Part shown: in pieces, positions 9,812-19,413 of the stretch
How positions within the stretch are numbered: position 1 is the first letter of the stretch
How the letters are laid out: each line of letters starts with the position of its first letter
Assembly (NCBI GenBank): GCA_019241645.1
Contig: JAFAWQ010000017.1
Coordinates: 1,973-65,972, forward strand
DNA from: Alphaproteobacteria bacterium
Lineage (GTDB): Bacteria; Pseudomonadota; Alphaproteobacteria; Micropepsales; Micropepsaceae
Direction: 5' to 3'
Length of the DNA stretch: 64,000 bases
Made by a program: the position numbers and the translations under genes
The notes under the pieces: generated by a model
Databases searched by the model: none
The model's input: only the letters and a program-made list of their open reading frames with translations
Told to the model about the DNA's origin: nothing

Positions 9812-12073
9812 CTATTTCAGCACGACGCCCCTTTCGGCGGCAAATGCCATCAATCGTGTGCGCAGGCTATGGTCAGTGCGGGCACAAAGACGGGTTACGA
9901 ACTCTCCGACTTCGCCGGCATTGATACTGCGCACCATCATTTTCACTGGCCCAACATTCGCCGGCTGCATCGACAGGGTGCGCAATCCCAGGCCAATAAG
10001 CGCCATCGCCTCCAGTGGCCGGCCGGCGATCTCTCCGCACAGTGAGACCTCTCCGTTGGCATCCGCTGCGCTTTGCACGATCTGCCTGATGAGGGTCAGG
10101 GCTGCGGGATTGAGCGCATCATAGCGCCGCGCGACGCGGGGATTGGTGCGATCCATCGCAAAAACGAACTGCAGCAGATCGTTCGATCCAATGGATACAA
10201 AATCGGCGCTGCGCAACAGCTGAGGTAGCATGAACATCAGTGCTGGAACCTCCAGCATGGCACCGACCAGCGTCTGGCGCGGTTGTGGTTGGGACAGCAG
10301 TCGCGCTCGCTCGAGCTCGCGATCGATCAAAGCCCGGGCCGCGTTGAATTCCGCGACATCACTGACCATTGGCAGCAATACTCGCAGGGTTCGGCCGGCC
10401 GATGCCGTCAGCAAAGCGCGGATTTGGTATCGCAGCAGTGCGGGCCGGTCGAGCGCGATGCGCAACGCGCGCCAGCCCAGAGCGGGGTTTTCTTCTCGCT
10501 CCCAGCGCCCGTAGGGAAGGATTTTGTCGCCACCGAGATCAAGGGTGCGGAAAGTCACCGGCTTGTTCCCGGCTTCCTCGATTACTTGCCGGTAGAAGGC
10601 GATCTGGGCGGACAATCCCGGCATCGTCTCGCCGATCATGAATTGCAGTTCGGTTCGGAACAGCCCGATGCCATCGGCGCCGCATTCCTCGAGATGAGGT
10701 AGATCGATCACCAAACCGGCATTCATCATCAGTTGAATATGAACACCATCCTTGGTAACGCAGGGAAGGTCGCGAATTAGCGCCATTTCCTTCGCCCGCT
10801 GCTCGCGAAGCGAGCTTCGTGTTTTGAAGGCGCGCACGATTTCCTGCGCGGGTCGCAGTTGCGCTTCGCCGGTTTCTCCGTCCACGACGATCAAATCGCC
10901 GCCTCGTGCATTGTCAGCAATGCCTTCCATATTTCCGACCAGCGGGATTCCCATCGCCCGGGCCACTATCGCGACATGCGAAGTCGGCGCGACTTCTTCG
11001 AGAACCAGGCCGATCAGCTTGCCCCTCGGATAGTCGAGCAATTCCGCCGGTCCCATGGCGCGCGCGATTATGACGGCATCATCGGGCAATACGGCCTCGG
11101 ACTCCGCGGTGTGGCCCAAATGGCGCAACAGGCGGCGGGCCAGATCCTCGAAATCGTGCAACCGCTCGCGAAGCAGTCCGTCGCCGGTCCTCACGATCCG
11201 CAAGCGCAACTCGTCCTGCACACGTTCCACCGCTGCTTCCGCGGTCAATCCGGTGCGCACGGCGTCCCGCAGACGCTGCCGCCACCCCTGGTCTCGCGCG
11301 AAAAGGCGATACGCTTCGATGACATCGCGACTCTCGCCGGTCAGGTCGAGTTCCGTGGAAGCCAGCATTTGATCCACGGAAGCGCGAAGCCCGTCCAGGG
11401 CTTTGTCGAGACGGGTCAATTCGGCAGCGGGATCGTCCGCGATCAACCGTTCGACCTTTATGCGCGGTTCATGCAGGACCGCGTAACCGATGGCTATTCC
11501 CTCGGATAGCGGATCGCCCTGAAAGGATCGGGGGCGATCCGCTCGCAGTTCTGGTTCGTCCAGCTCCGCGGTGTCGAACAGTCCGCCTTGGGCGACCACC
11601 TCGGCCAAAACCATGGCGACCGTCTGCAGCGCTTCGACTTCCTCCTCGTCATACATGCGCGCCGCACGATTCTGCACGGTAAGCACGCCATACACTTGGC
11701 CGCCGCGCACGATCGGCACGCCGAGGAAGGACCGATAGGGATCTTCGCCCGTCTCGGGCCGGTACGAAAAGCGAGGATGGGCGGGCGCATCGCTGAGGTT
11801 GATAGCCTCTGCAGTCTCGCCCACCATGCCGACTAGGCCTTCGCCACGCTTCAGACGGGTATTGTGAACGGCGCTTCGGTTGAGTCCCTCGGTGGCGAAC
11901 AGCTCGTAGACGGCACCGGCGCGCCGCAGATAAATCGAGCAGACCTCGGCTACCATGTTGGAAGCGATGACTTGCACCAGCTTGTCGAGGCGTGCCTGCG
12001 CCGTTGCCGCCTCGGCCATGATTTCTCGCAGCCGGCGCAGCAATATGCGGGGACCGCCTGCGACAGTGGGCAT
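9812..12073 (-). CDS. ptsP: GAF-domain PTS enzyme I-Ntr
   Basis: 753 aa; N-terminal GAF (VCSIYL, LFATEGL), TSHVAI phospho-His, GIGLFRTE, SIGSNDLLQF. Confidence 0.97.
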   Translation of the reverse strand: MPTVAGGPRILLRRLREIMAEAATAQARLDKLVQVIASNMVAEVCSIYLRRAGAVYELFATEGLNRSAVHNTRLKRGEGLVGMVGETAEAINLSDAPAHPRFSYRPETGEDPYRSFLGVPIVRGGQVYGVLTVQNRAARMYDEEEVEALQTVAMVLAEVVAQGGLFDTAELDEPELRADRPRSFQGDPLSEGIAIGYAVLHEPRIKVERLIADDPAAELTRLDKALDGLRASVDQMLASTELDLTGESRDVIEAYRLFARDQGWRQRLRDAVRTGLTAEAAVERVQDELRLRIVRTGDGLLRERLHDFEDLARRLLRHLGHTAESEAVLPDDAVIIARAMGPAELLDYPRGKLIGLVLEEVAPTSHVAIVARAMGIPLVGNMEGIADNARGGDLIVVDGETGEAQLRPAQEIVRAFKTRSSLREQRAKEMALIRDLPCVTKDGVHIQLMMNAGLVIDLPHLEECGADGIGLFRTELQFMIGETMPGLSAQIAFYRQVIEEAGNKPVTFRTLDLGGDKILPYGRWEREENPALGWRALRIALDRPALLRYQIRALLTASAGRTLRVLLPMVSDVAEFNAARALIDRELERARLLSQPQPRQTLVGAMLEVPALMFMLPQLLRSADFVSIGSNDLLQFVFAMDRTNPRVARRYDALNPAALTLIRQIVQSAADANGEVSLCGEIAGRPLEAMALIGLGLRTLSMQPANVGPVKMMVRSINAGEVGEFVTRLCARTDHSLRTRLMAFAAERGVVLK

Positions 12074-13296
12074 CAGGCATCCATTTCATACGCGGCGTGC
12101 AGGGCTCTCACGGCGAGTTCGACATATTCTTCCGCAATCAGAACGCTGACTTTGATCTCCGAGGTTGAAATGACTTCAATGTTGATGCCCTTGTCCGCAA
12201 GGGTTCCGAACATGATCTGCGCGACACCAGGGTGTGTTCGCATGCCGATACCCACAATGGATATTTTCGCGACCGAGGCATCGTGTGTGACATCGCGATA
12301 ACCAATGGCGGGCGCGGCTTTCTCAATGGCCTCAAGCGCGCGATGCAGCTGCGTTCGGCTAACCGTGAAGGTCAGGTCGGTTTTCTTGCCGTCCTCGGAC
12401 ACATTCTGGACGATCATGTCCACATTTACCCCGGCGTCAGCCAGCGGACCAAAAATGGCGGCCGCCACACCCGGTTTGTCGGGAATGCGATGCAGCGTGA
12501 TTTTTGCTTCATCTCGTGAATAGGCGATGCCGGTAACCGATTTCTTCTCCACGATATCTTCCTCATCGCAAACCAGAGTGCCGCTCCCGTCCGGTTCGAA
12601 GGTCGAGAGGACACGGACAGGTACCCCATGCAGCATCGCGATCTCGACCGACCGGGTCTGCAGCACCTTGGCCCCGAGAGATGCCATTTCCAGCATTTCC
12701 TCGAAGGCAATCCGTTCCAACCGGCGCGCCTTGGCGACGATCCGCGGATCGGTCGTGTAAACACCATCGACGTCTGTATAGATGTCACATCGGTCGGCCT
12801 GAACCGCCGCGGCAATGGCGACTGCGCTCGTGTCTGAGCCACCGCGGCCAAGCGTGGAAATGCGGTTGCCGGGCGCCACTCCCTGAAAACCGGTAATGAC
12901 CGCCACCTCGCCTGCCGCAAAACGGGTGTTCAAAAGGGCCGGATCAATCGACTCAATGCGCGCCGCCCCATGCGTGGCATTCGTCTGGACCGGAACCTGC
13001 CAACCCTGCCATGACCGTGCCGAAACACCATTCGCGGAAAGAGCAATAGCCAAAAGGCCGGCGGTGACCTGCTCGCCGGTCGCAACGACGGCGTCCTGTT
13101 CGCCTGCGTCGTGCAGAGGGGACAGATCCCGGGTCCAGGCAATCAGTTTGTTGGTCTCTCCAGCCATTGCAGACACAACGACGGCGACCTCGTGACCGCG
13201 GCTGGACTCCCGCTTGACGAGACCGGCAACGTGCCGGATGCGATCAAGATCGGCGAGGGACGTGCCGCCGAATTTCATCACGATCCTGCCCATCAT
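12073..13296 (-). CDS. lysC: Aspartate kinase
   Basis: VMKFGGTS, TLGRGGSDTSAV, DVDGVYTTDPR and two ACT domains. Confidence 0.97.
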   Translation of the reverse strand: MMGRIVMKFGGTSLADLDRIRHVAGLVKRESSRGHEVAVVVSAMAGETNKLIAWTRDLSPLHDAGEQDAVVATGEQVTAGLLAIALSANGVSARSWQGWQVPVQTNATHGAARIESIDPALLNTRFAAGEVAVITGFQGVAPGNRISTLGRGGSDTSAVAIAAAVQADRCDIYTDVDGVYTTDPRIVAKARRLERIAFEEMLEMASLGAKVLQTRSVEIAMLHGVPVRVLSTFEPDGSGTLVCDEEDIVEKKSVTGIAYSRDEAKITLHRIPDKPGVAAAIFGPLADAGVNVDMIVQNVSEDGKKTDLTFTVSRTQLHRALEAIEKAAPAIGYRDVTHDASVAKISIVGIGMRTHPGVAQIMFGTLADKGINIEVISTSEIKVSVLIAEEYVELAVRALHAAYEMDA

Positions 13297-13422
13297 TCGG
13301 ACTCATAAATATACCTACATGCCGTCATAAACGGCGGCCATCAGGCGCTCAATCGAAAACAAGGCCTTGACCGGCGCGCTGCGGGCTTGCATTCCGCCGG
13401 CAAAACAGGGGAGCGTGCTGCG

Positions 13423-14160
13423 ATGAGTTCATCCACGGACCTGGATGAAGTCGGCAAATTTGCCCGCTTGGCGGAGCAGTGGTGGGATCCAAACGGATCA
13501 TTTGCATCGCTGCATATGTTCAACCCCATACGGTTGAAGTTTCTCCGCGACGTGATGGCGGCGCATTTCACCCGCGATCAGCGGACGCCGCATCCGTTCG
13601 ATGGGCTCAGTCTGCTCGATATGGGCTGCGGCGGCGGCTTGTTGTCCGAACCGATGTCGCGCCTGGGGTTCACGGTTACCGGCTGTGATGCCGGTGAGGC
13701 CAATGTTCGCGCTGCCGCCAGTCACGCGCAATTGGGCAATCTGCCGATCTCGTATCGCTGCGCCACCGCCGATGTTTTGGGTGATGAAGGGCTAATCTAT
13801 GACGTGCTGCTCGCGATGGAGATCGTGGAGCATGTTGCCGACCTCCCCAAGTTCATCGAGGAATGCGCGCGGCTTCTTCGACCAGGTGGGCTGGTTTTCA
13901 TAGCCACGATTAACAAAACTTTAAGGTCCCTGGTTCTGGCGAAATTCACGGCCGAATATGTTCTACGCTGGTTGCCCGCGGGCACGCATGACTGGAACCG
14001 GTTCGTTTCACCCGCAGAGTTGAGCGAGCTGTTGGAGAAGCAGGGTCTTAAAGTGTCCCGATTGCAGGGATTGGTGTTCGATCCTTTCAGTTGGGAGTGG
14101 CGGCTGTCGGAGGACGCCGCGGTAAACTACATCGCCGTCGCAACAACCCCGCGTCGCTAG
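13423..14160 (+). CDS. ubiG: Ubiquinone biosynthesis O-methyltransferase
   Basis: WWDPNGSFASLHMFNPIR, LDMGCGGGLLSEPM, MEIVEHV, GTHDW motifs; start at ATG 13423. Confidence 0.95.
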   Translation: MSSSTDLDEVGKFARLAEQWWDPNGSFASLHMFNPIRLKFLRDVMAAHFTRDQRTPHPFDGLSLLDMGCGGGLLSEPMSRLGFTVTGCDAGEANVRAAASHAQLGNLPISYRCATADVLGDEGLIYDVLLAMEIVEHVADLPKFIEECARLLRPGGLVFIATINKTLRSLVLAKFTAEYVLRWLPAGTHDWNRFVSPAELSELLEKQGLKVSRLQGLVFDPFSWEWRLSEDAAVNYIAVATTPRR

Positions 14161-14289
14161 GCCCTGAATTAAGCTCGCGATATTGTGACGCAACCTTGTC
14201 GGCATTTGATTGTCATGGTCTTGCGCCGGAACGGAAAACCGGTGCAAAGATGGCGCGTAGGCCCAGCCGAACCCGGAAGGATTTCCAGA

Positions 14290-14571
14290 ATGCGTTTGTC
14301 CGTCGCGTTTGCCGCATCGCTGCTTTTGCTCAGTTCCGCTGGTCCCCTGTTGGCCCAGAACGCCACCGCCACCGCGACTTCCGCGCCAGCGACCGCGGAG
14401 GATCCAAATCGCATCGTTTGTCATATGAGCGCCGCGCCGACGGGGACACGCCTCGGAAAGTCCCGCGAATGTCATACCCAGCGTCAGTGGGATGAGATGC
14501 GCCAGCAGGAGCAGCAGTCCGTCAACGACATGCAGTCGAGCGGCCTTCGGAACGGTGTCCCTGGCGGCTGA
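14290..14571 (+). CDS. Small secreted protein with two-cysteine motif
   Basis: Signal peptide MRLSVAFAASLLLLSSAGPLLA, then DPNRIVC-x7-TGTRL-x5-C-x-T-x3-W; 93 aa. Confidence 0.75.
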   Translation: MRLSVAFAASLLLLSSAGPLLAQNATATATSAPATAEDPNRIVCHMSAAPTGTRLGKSRECHTQRQWDEMRQQEQQSVNDMQSSGLRNGVPGG

Positions 14572-14646
14572 TCTGACACCAATCCTGCGGCGCCAGTGCG
14601 CCTTTTGGGGTAGATAAGCGGGCCGGGACGTTCTATTGCTACCGGC

Positions 14647-15564
14647 ATGACGAAAGTGACCCAGCTGAGCCGTGGTGACGGGGAAGGCCCCCGGCAGCGG
14701 CGCACGCATCTCCGCGAGATCGTTCCAGACATGGATGCGCCCCTCGGGACCGTGGGTCAGGAATTGCGCGGCGCGCGGATCTCCCGTGGCGAAGACCTCA
14801 CAACCGTTTCGCGAATATTGAAGATTCGCAAGGACCACATTGAGGCCCTTGAAAACGATGACCTAAGTGCCCTGCCGGGGCGGACCTATGCTGTGGGATT
14901 TATTCGCGCCTACGCCGACCATTTGGGCCTAAATCCCGTCGCGACTGTCGAACGATTCAAGACAGAAATCGCCGGGCGGGACGAACCCTCCCGTAACGCC
15001 GGGTTCAAGGAAGATGAAGAACAGGGCTCAAGCCCAGGCGGCTGGATATTCTTTTCGGTTCTCCTGCTGGGATTGATTGCCTACGGCATCTATTACCTGT
15101 TTTCTTCGTCAGCCGGTGACCGTCAAACAAGCGTCAGCGCCCCGCCGGCGCGGATGGCGCAGAATAGCGGCCAGTCTGCTGATACGCAGAACAAGCCCAC
15201 CGCAAACGTAAGTATGGAAAACTCGCCAGCGCCAAACCTGGCTGTGAGCAGTCGCGTATACGGAGCGGCAAATGCGACCTCGCGCGTCACTCTTCGCATC
15301 AAGGCTCCCACGCGAATACTCGTTCAGGACGAGGGCGGCGCTGCATTTATCAATCAGACGATGCGGCCGGGGGACACGTATCGAGTTCCGATCAGTCCCA
15401 AACTGTTCCTCACCGCCGAGCATGGCAGCGCCGTTCAAATCGAAGTGGACAGCAAGCCCGTCGCTCTGGCCGGCAATTCAGCGGACGCCTCGGAGGCGCT
15501 CGCCCTCGATCCCGGAAAGCTGGCAGGCCCGGCGAATAGCCAGGCCCCGTCTCCGTCGCCGTAG
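14647..15564 (+). CDS. rodZ: RodZ-like protein (HTH, TM, DUF4115-like domain)
   Basis: GQELRGARISRG..LKIRKDHIEALEND..GFIRAYADHLGL, one TM helix, C-terminal beta domain; upstream of ispG. Confidence 0.88.
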   Translation: MTKVTQLSRGDGEGPRQRRTHLREIVPDMDAPLGTVGQELRGARISRGEDLTTVSRILKIRKDHIEALENDDLSALPGRTYAVGFIRAYADHLGLNPVATVERFKTEIAGRDEPSRNAGFKEDEEQGSSPGGWIFFSVLLLGLIAYGIYYLFSSSAGDRQTSVSAPPARMAQNSGQSADTQNKPTANVSMENSPAPNLAVSSRVYGAANATSRVTLRIKAPTRILVQDEGGAAFINQTMRPGDTYRVPISPKLFLTAEHGSAVQIEVDSKPVALAGNSADASEALALDPGKLAGPANSQAPSPSP

Positions 15565-15573
15565 GATGATTGC

Positions 15574-16707
15574 ATGAGCGTGCGGGCTTATCGCGACATT
15601 ACACGCCGCAAATCGCGCAAGATTCGCGTCGGAACGGTCGAAATTGGTGGCGACGCGCCGATCTCGGTGCAGACCATGACCAATACCGTTACCGCGGATG
15701 TCCGCGGCACCATCGACCAGGTTCGGCACATGGAGGAAGCGGGCGCCGACATCGTAAGGGTGTCTTGTCCGGATGAGGACGCGACAAAGGCGCTGAAGCA
15801 TATCGTCAAGGCCGCGGCCGTGCCGATTGTGGCTGACATCCATTTTCACTACAAGCGCGCCATCGAGGCGGCGGAAGCTGGTGCCGCCTGTCTGCGCATC
15901 AATCCGGGCAACATCGGCTCGGCCCAGCGGGTGCGGGAAGTCGTGCAGGCCGCCAAGGACCACGGCGTCTCGATGCGCATTGGTGTGAATGCAGGCTCGC
16001 TCGAGAAGGAGCTGCTGGAACGCTATGGCGAGCCGTGCCCGGAAGCGATGGTGGAAAGTGCGCTAAATCACGCGAGAATTCTCGAGGACAACGATTTCTT
16101 CGAGTTCAAGATCAGCTGCAAGGCGTCTGACGTGTTCCTCGCCGTGGCGGCGTATCAGGGCTTGGCGGAGGCCTGCGATTATCCACTGCATGTCGGCATC
16201 ACCGAGGCCGGCGGCATGATTTCCGGGAGCGTGAAATCATCCATCGGGATGGGCATGCTGCTTTGGTCAGGCATTGGCGACACCATTCGCGTATCACTGT
16301 CGGCCGATCCGGTTGAAGAGGTTCGCGTCGGTTTCGATATTCTGAAATCGCTCAACCTGCGCCACCGCGGCGTAAACATTGTCTCGTGCCCGTCCTGCGC
16401 GCGGCAGGGCTTCAACGTGATCGATACCGTGCGCATGCTTGAGGACCGGCTGAAGCATATTACCAAACCGATGACTCTCTCCATCATCGGCTGCGTGGTG
16501 AACGGGCCCGGTGAAGCACGGGAAACCGATCTGGGTTTCACGGGTGGTGGCGCCGGCGCGGGCAACGGGATGATCTATCTCGATGGGAAGCCATCCTACA
16601 AGCTCGATAACGACAAGCTTATCGAGCACGTCGTCGAGTTGTGCGAAAGACGGGCCGCTGAAATCGAAAACCGCGATTCCGTCCGGACGCTTGAGCCAGC
16701 GCTTTAG
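15574..16707 (+). CDS. ispG: (E)-4-hydroxy-3-methylbut-2-enyl-diphosphate synthase
   Basis: [34 protein letters not shown] and GCVVNGPGE. Confidence 0.98.
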   Translation: MSVRAYRDITRRKSRKIRVGTVEIGGDAPISVQTMTNTVTADVRGTIDQVRHMEEAGADIVRVSCPDEDATKALKHIVKAAAVPIVADIHFHYKRAIEAAEAGAACLRINPGNIGSAQRVREVVQAAKDHGVSMRIGVNAGSLEKELLERYGEPCPEAMVESALNHARILEDNDFFEFKISCKASDVFLAVAAYQGLAEACDYPLHVGITEAGGMISGSVKSSIGMGMLLWSGIGDTIRVSLSADPVEEVRVGFDILKSLNLRHRGVNIVSCPSCARQGFNVIDTVRMLEDRLKHITKPMTLSIIGCVVNGPGEARETDLGFTGGGAGAGNGMIYLDGKPSYKLDNDKLIEHVVELCERRAAEIENRDSVRTLEPAL

Positions 16708-16721
16708 CTCCTGCATCGGAC

Positions 16722-17807
16722 ATGATTCCGCAAGTTAAATTGTCACGCCTGGTGGACCGTTATGCGGCTCTTGAATCTCAACTCGCGGCAGGCATGGCGG
16801 GGAGCGATTATGCCAGATTATCGAAGGAACATGCCGAACTCGCGCCGGTAGTGCGCGCCGCTGAAACCTACCGTGCGCTGCTGCGTGAACAGGCGGATGC
16901 GGATGCTCTGGCCTCTGATCCCTCCGCCGATTCCGAATTGCGAGGCATGGCAGAGGAAGAGCGAGCCACGCTGAAGGAGCGGCTCGCAAACATTGAACGC
17001 GAATTGCAGCTTCAACTGTTGCCGAAAGATGCGGCCGATGCGTCCTCAGCCATTGTCGAGGTGCGGGCCGGCACCGGTGGCGACGAGGCGGCGCTTTTCG
17101 CCGGCGACCTACTCCAGATGTACCAACGCTATGCCCAGCTCCAGGGTTGGAAGGCAGAGTTGATGTCAGTCAGCGAAAACGATCTGGGGGGTGTCAAGGA
17201 AGCGGTTTTGGATGTGCAGGGGCGGGGCGCATTTGCCAAGCTCAAGTTCGAAAGCGGCGTACATCGCGTGCAACGCGTTCCGGTCACGGAAGCTGGTGGG
17301 CGTATCCACACGTCGGCGGCCACCGTCGCGGTTCTTCCCGAAGCGGAAGATGTCGATGTTCAGATCGACGACAAGGATTTGCGGATCGACGTCTTTCGGG
17401 CCTCCGGCGCCGGTGGCCAGCATGTAAACAAGACCGAAAGCGCTGTGCGAATCACGCATCTGCCCACCGGAATTTTCGTCGCCCAGCAGACAGAAAAGTC
17501 GCAGCACAAGAACAAGGCTCAGGCAATGAAGCTGCTGAAGGCCAAGCTCTATGAGATCGAACGCGAGCGGGTGGATAGCGCGCGGGCGTCGGAGCGAAAG
17601 GGCATGGTCGGCTCCGGCGATCGCAGCGAACGCATCCGCACCTACAATTTTCCGCAGGCGCGCGTGACCGATCACCGGATCAACCTCACCCTGTATAAGC
17701 TTGATCGTATTCTGGCGGGCGACGATCTGGGTGAGATTGTCGATGCGCTTGTGGCCGAGGATCAGGCAAACCGGCTGGCGGCGCTATCGAACGAAGACGG
17801 GGCGTGA
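16722..17807 (+). CDS. prfA: Peptide chain release factor 1
   Basis: [12 protein letters not shown] (PxT motif) and [12 protein letters not shown] motif. Confidence 0.98.
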   Translation: MIPQVKLSRLVDRYAALESQLAAGMAGSDYARLSKEHAELAPVVRAAETYRALLREQADADALASDPSADSELRGMAEEERATLKERLANIERELQLQLLPKDAADASSAIVEVRAGTGGDEAALFAGDLLQMYQRYAQLQGWKAELMSVSENDLGGVKEAVLDVQGRGAFAKLKFESGVHRVQRVPVTEAGGRIHTSAATVAVLPEAEDVDVQIDDKDLRIDVFRASGAGGQHVNKTESAVRITHLPTGIFVAQQTEKSQHKNKAQAMKLLKAKLYEIERERVDSARASERKGMVGSGDRSERIRTYNFPQARVTDHRINLTLYKLDRILAGDDLGEIVDALVAEDQANRLAALSNEDGA

Positions 17808-18640
17808 AGGATCCAGTACGCGAGGCGACAGAACGGCTACGCGCCGCGAAACTTCTATCTGCTCGAGCCGACGCACGCATTCTTTGGCGGCACGCTGAAG
17901 GCAGGGATGATGTTTTCCAGCAGTTTATCGCCCGGCGACTTTCCCACGAGCCGGTGGCGTACATCACCGGTCACAAGGAATTTTGGAGCCTGGATTTCGA
18001 TGTCGGTCCCGGGGTGCTGATCCCTAGGCCGGAAACGGAGACTTTGGTCGAGCAGGCCCTGCGGGAGTTAGGGGACAGGACTCGATCCTACCGGCTGTTG
18101 GACTTGGGCACAGGCAGTGGCTGTCTGCTTATCGCCCTCCTGAAAGAGCTATCGAACGCGACCGGCATCGGAGTGGATGCCTCGGCAGACGCTTTGGCTG
18201 TGGCCAGCACGAATCTCCTGCGGCACGGTCTGGTGAACCGGGCCGCTCTGGTTGCGGGGGGATGGGACGCGGCACCCGGCCAATTCGATCTGATTGTCGC
18301 CAATCCGCCCTATGTTCGGTCCGGCGATCTGCAAGCGCTACCGCCAGATGTCCGGGATAATGAGCCCAAAGAAGCCTTGGATGGCGGGCCAGACGGTCTG
18401 GATGCCTACCGGAGCCTTGCATTCCTCCTGCCTCGGTATTTGAGCTCCACCGGCATCGCTCTTCTGGAAATTGGGGCGGGGCAACACCAGGTTGTAGGTC
18501 TTATGGAAGCTGCTGGACTGGTATTGTTCAGGATAGTTCCGGATTTGGCCGGTATTCCACGCTGCCTCGTGGTCGGGCTGGGTAGGGGTCTGGAAAGGCT
18601 GGCCCAAAAAAAGATTGGAAACCGAGGCCCGACTCGCTAG
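17804..18640 (+). CDS. prmC: Release factor glutamine methyltransferase
   Basis: [29 protein letters not shown] motif; overlaps the prfA stop. Confidence 0.96.
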   Translation: MKDPVREATERLRAAKLLSARADARILWRHAEGRDDVFQQFIARRLSHEPVAYITGHKEFWSLDFDVGPGVLIPRPETETLVEQALRELGDRTRSYRLLDLGTGSGCLLIALLKELSNATGIGVDASADALAVASTNLLRHGLVNRAALVAGGWDAAPGQFDLIVANPPYVRSGDLQALPPDVRDNEPKEALDGGPDGLDAYRSLAFLLPRYLSSTGIALLEIGAGQHQVVGLMEAAGLVLFRIVPDLAGIPRCLVVGLGRGLERLAQKKIGNRGPTR

Positions 18641-18853
18641 TTTCCAGTTTGTGGGGCAAGCGGGACCCCCGCCGGAGGTCGAGGCTTCTGGTATGGCCGC
18701 GGAGGCGGTCAAGGCGCGACATAGCGTCGGTCCCCAGGCGGAAGACGAGCTCAATAGTATGTAACAGGGTGACGCGCCTTGGGCGCGACGGTCCTAAAAA
18801 TCCGGACAAGTGCCGGAACCGTCGCGGGGAGCGTCCAAATTTAAGGACAATCA

Positions 18854-19267
18854 GTGACACGTTCACGGCAACGCGGCCGGCGGCCGCAGACTACTCACAG
18901 CGGCGGCCAGCATCATAATCCGAACCGCACCTTTGACTCGAACGGGCCGGAGATCAAAATACGCGGCTCGGCGTCTCATGTGTATGAAAAATACCTTCAG
19001 CTGGCGCGGGATGCGAATTCGTCGGGCGATCGGGTGGCTGCAGAAAATTATCTGCAGCACGCCGAGCACTATTTTCGCATCATGGCGGCGACCCAGTTGC
19101 AGCAGCAACAGCAGTTTCAGCAGCGCAGCCAGCAGCCTCAGTATAACGGGAACGGCAATGGCCGGATCAATGGTGAGGGCGGGCAGCCCATGACCAGCGA
19201 ACCGTCGTTCTCTCTAGCAGAGGGCGCCGCTGAATCGGAGGCCGAGCAAACCGCCGCCAGCGAGTAG
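18854..19267 (+). CDS. DUF4167-domain protein
   Basis: FDSNGPEIKIRGSASHVYEKYLQLARDA..AENYLQHAEHYFR signature; Gln-rich tail. Confidence 0.92.
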   Translation: MTRSRQRGRRPQTTHSGGQHHNPNRTFDSNGPEIKIRGSASHVYEKYLQLARDANSSGDRVAAENYLQHAEHYFRIMAATQLQQQQQFQQRSQQPQYNGNGNGRINGEGGQPMTSEPSFSLAEGAAESEAEQTAASE

Positions 19268-19284
19268 AGACGCTCTCTCAAGGC

Positions 19285-19312
19285 CTTGCAGCCGCCGTTT
19301 CGGACCCCACAT
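19285..19312 (+). promoter_or_regulatory. Probable sigma-32 (RpoH) promoter of clpB
   Basis: CTTGCA-N14-CCCCACAT resembles the heat-shock CTTGAA-N13-17-CCCCATNT consensus, about 100 nt upstream of clpB. Confidence 0.6.
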
Positions 19313-19413
19313 TGTAGGATTGGAGCCGTGCCTTTTCGGGCTGCTCCTAATCCAAGGGACGCCGGGATAAACCGTCTTCGGAGGTTTGCCTATGCGGGCT
19401 CAAGAGGTCTGAC

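Noticed and set aside
17804-17960. Short PrmC N-terminus as a possible pseudogene
   Set aside because: Frame is intact, coupled to prfA, and all catalytic motifs are present.
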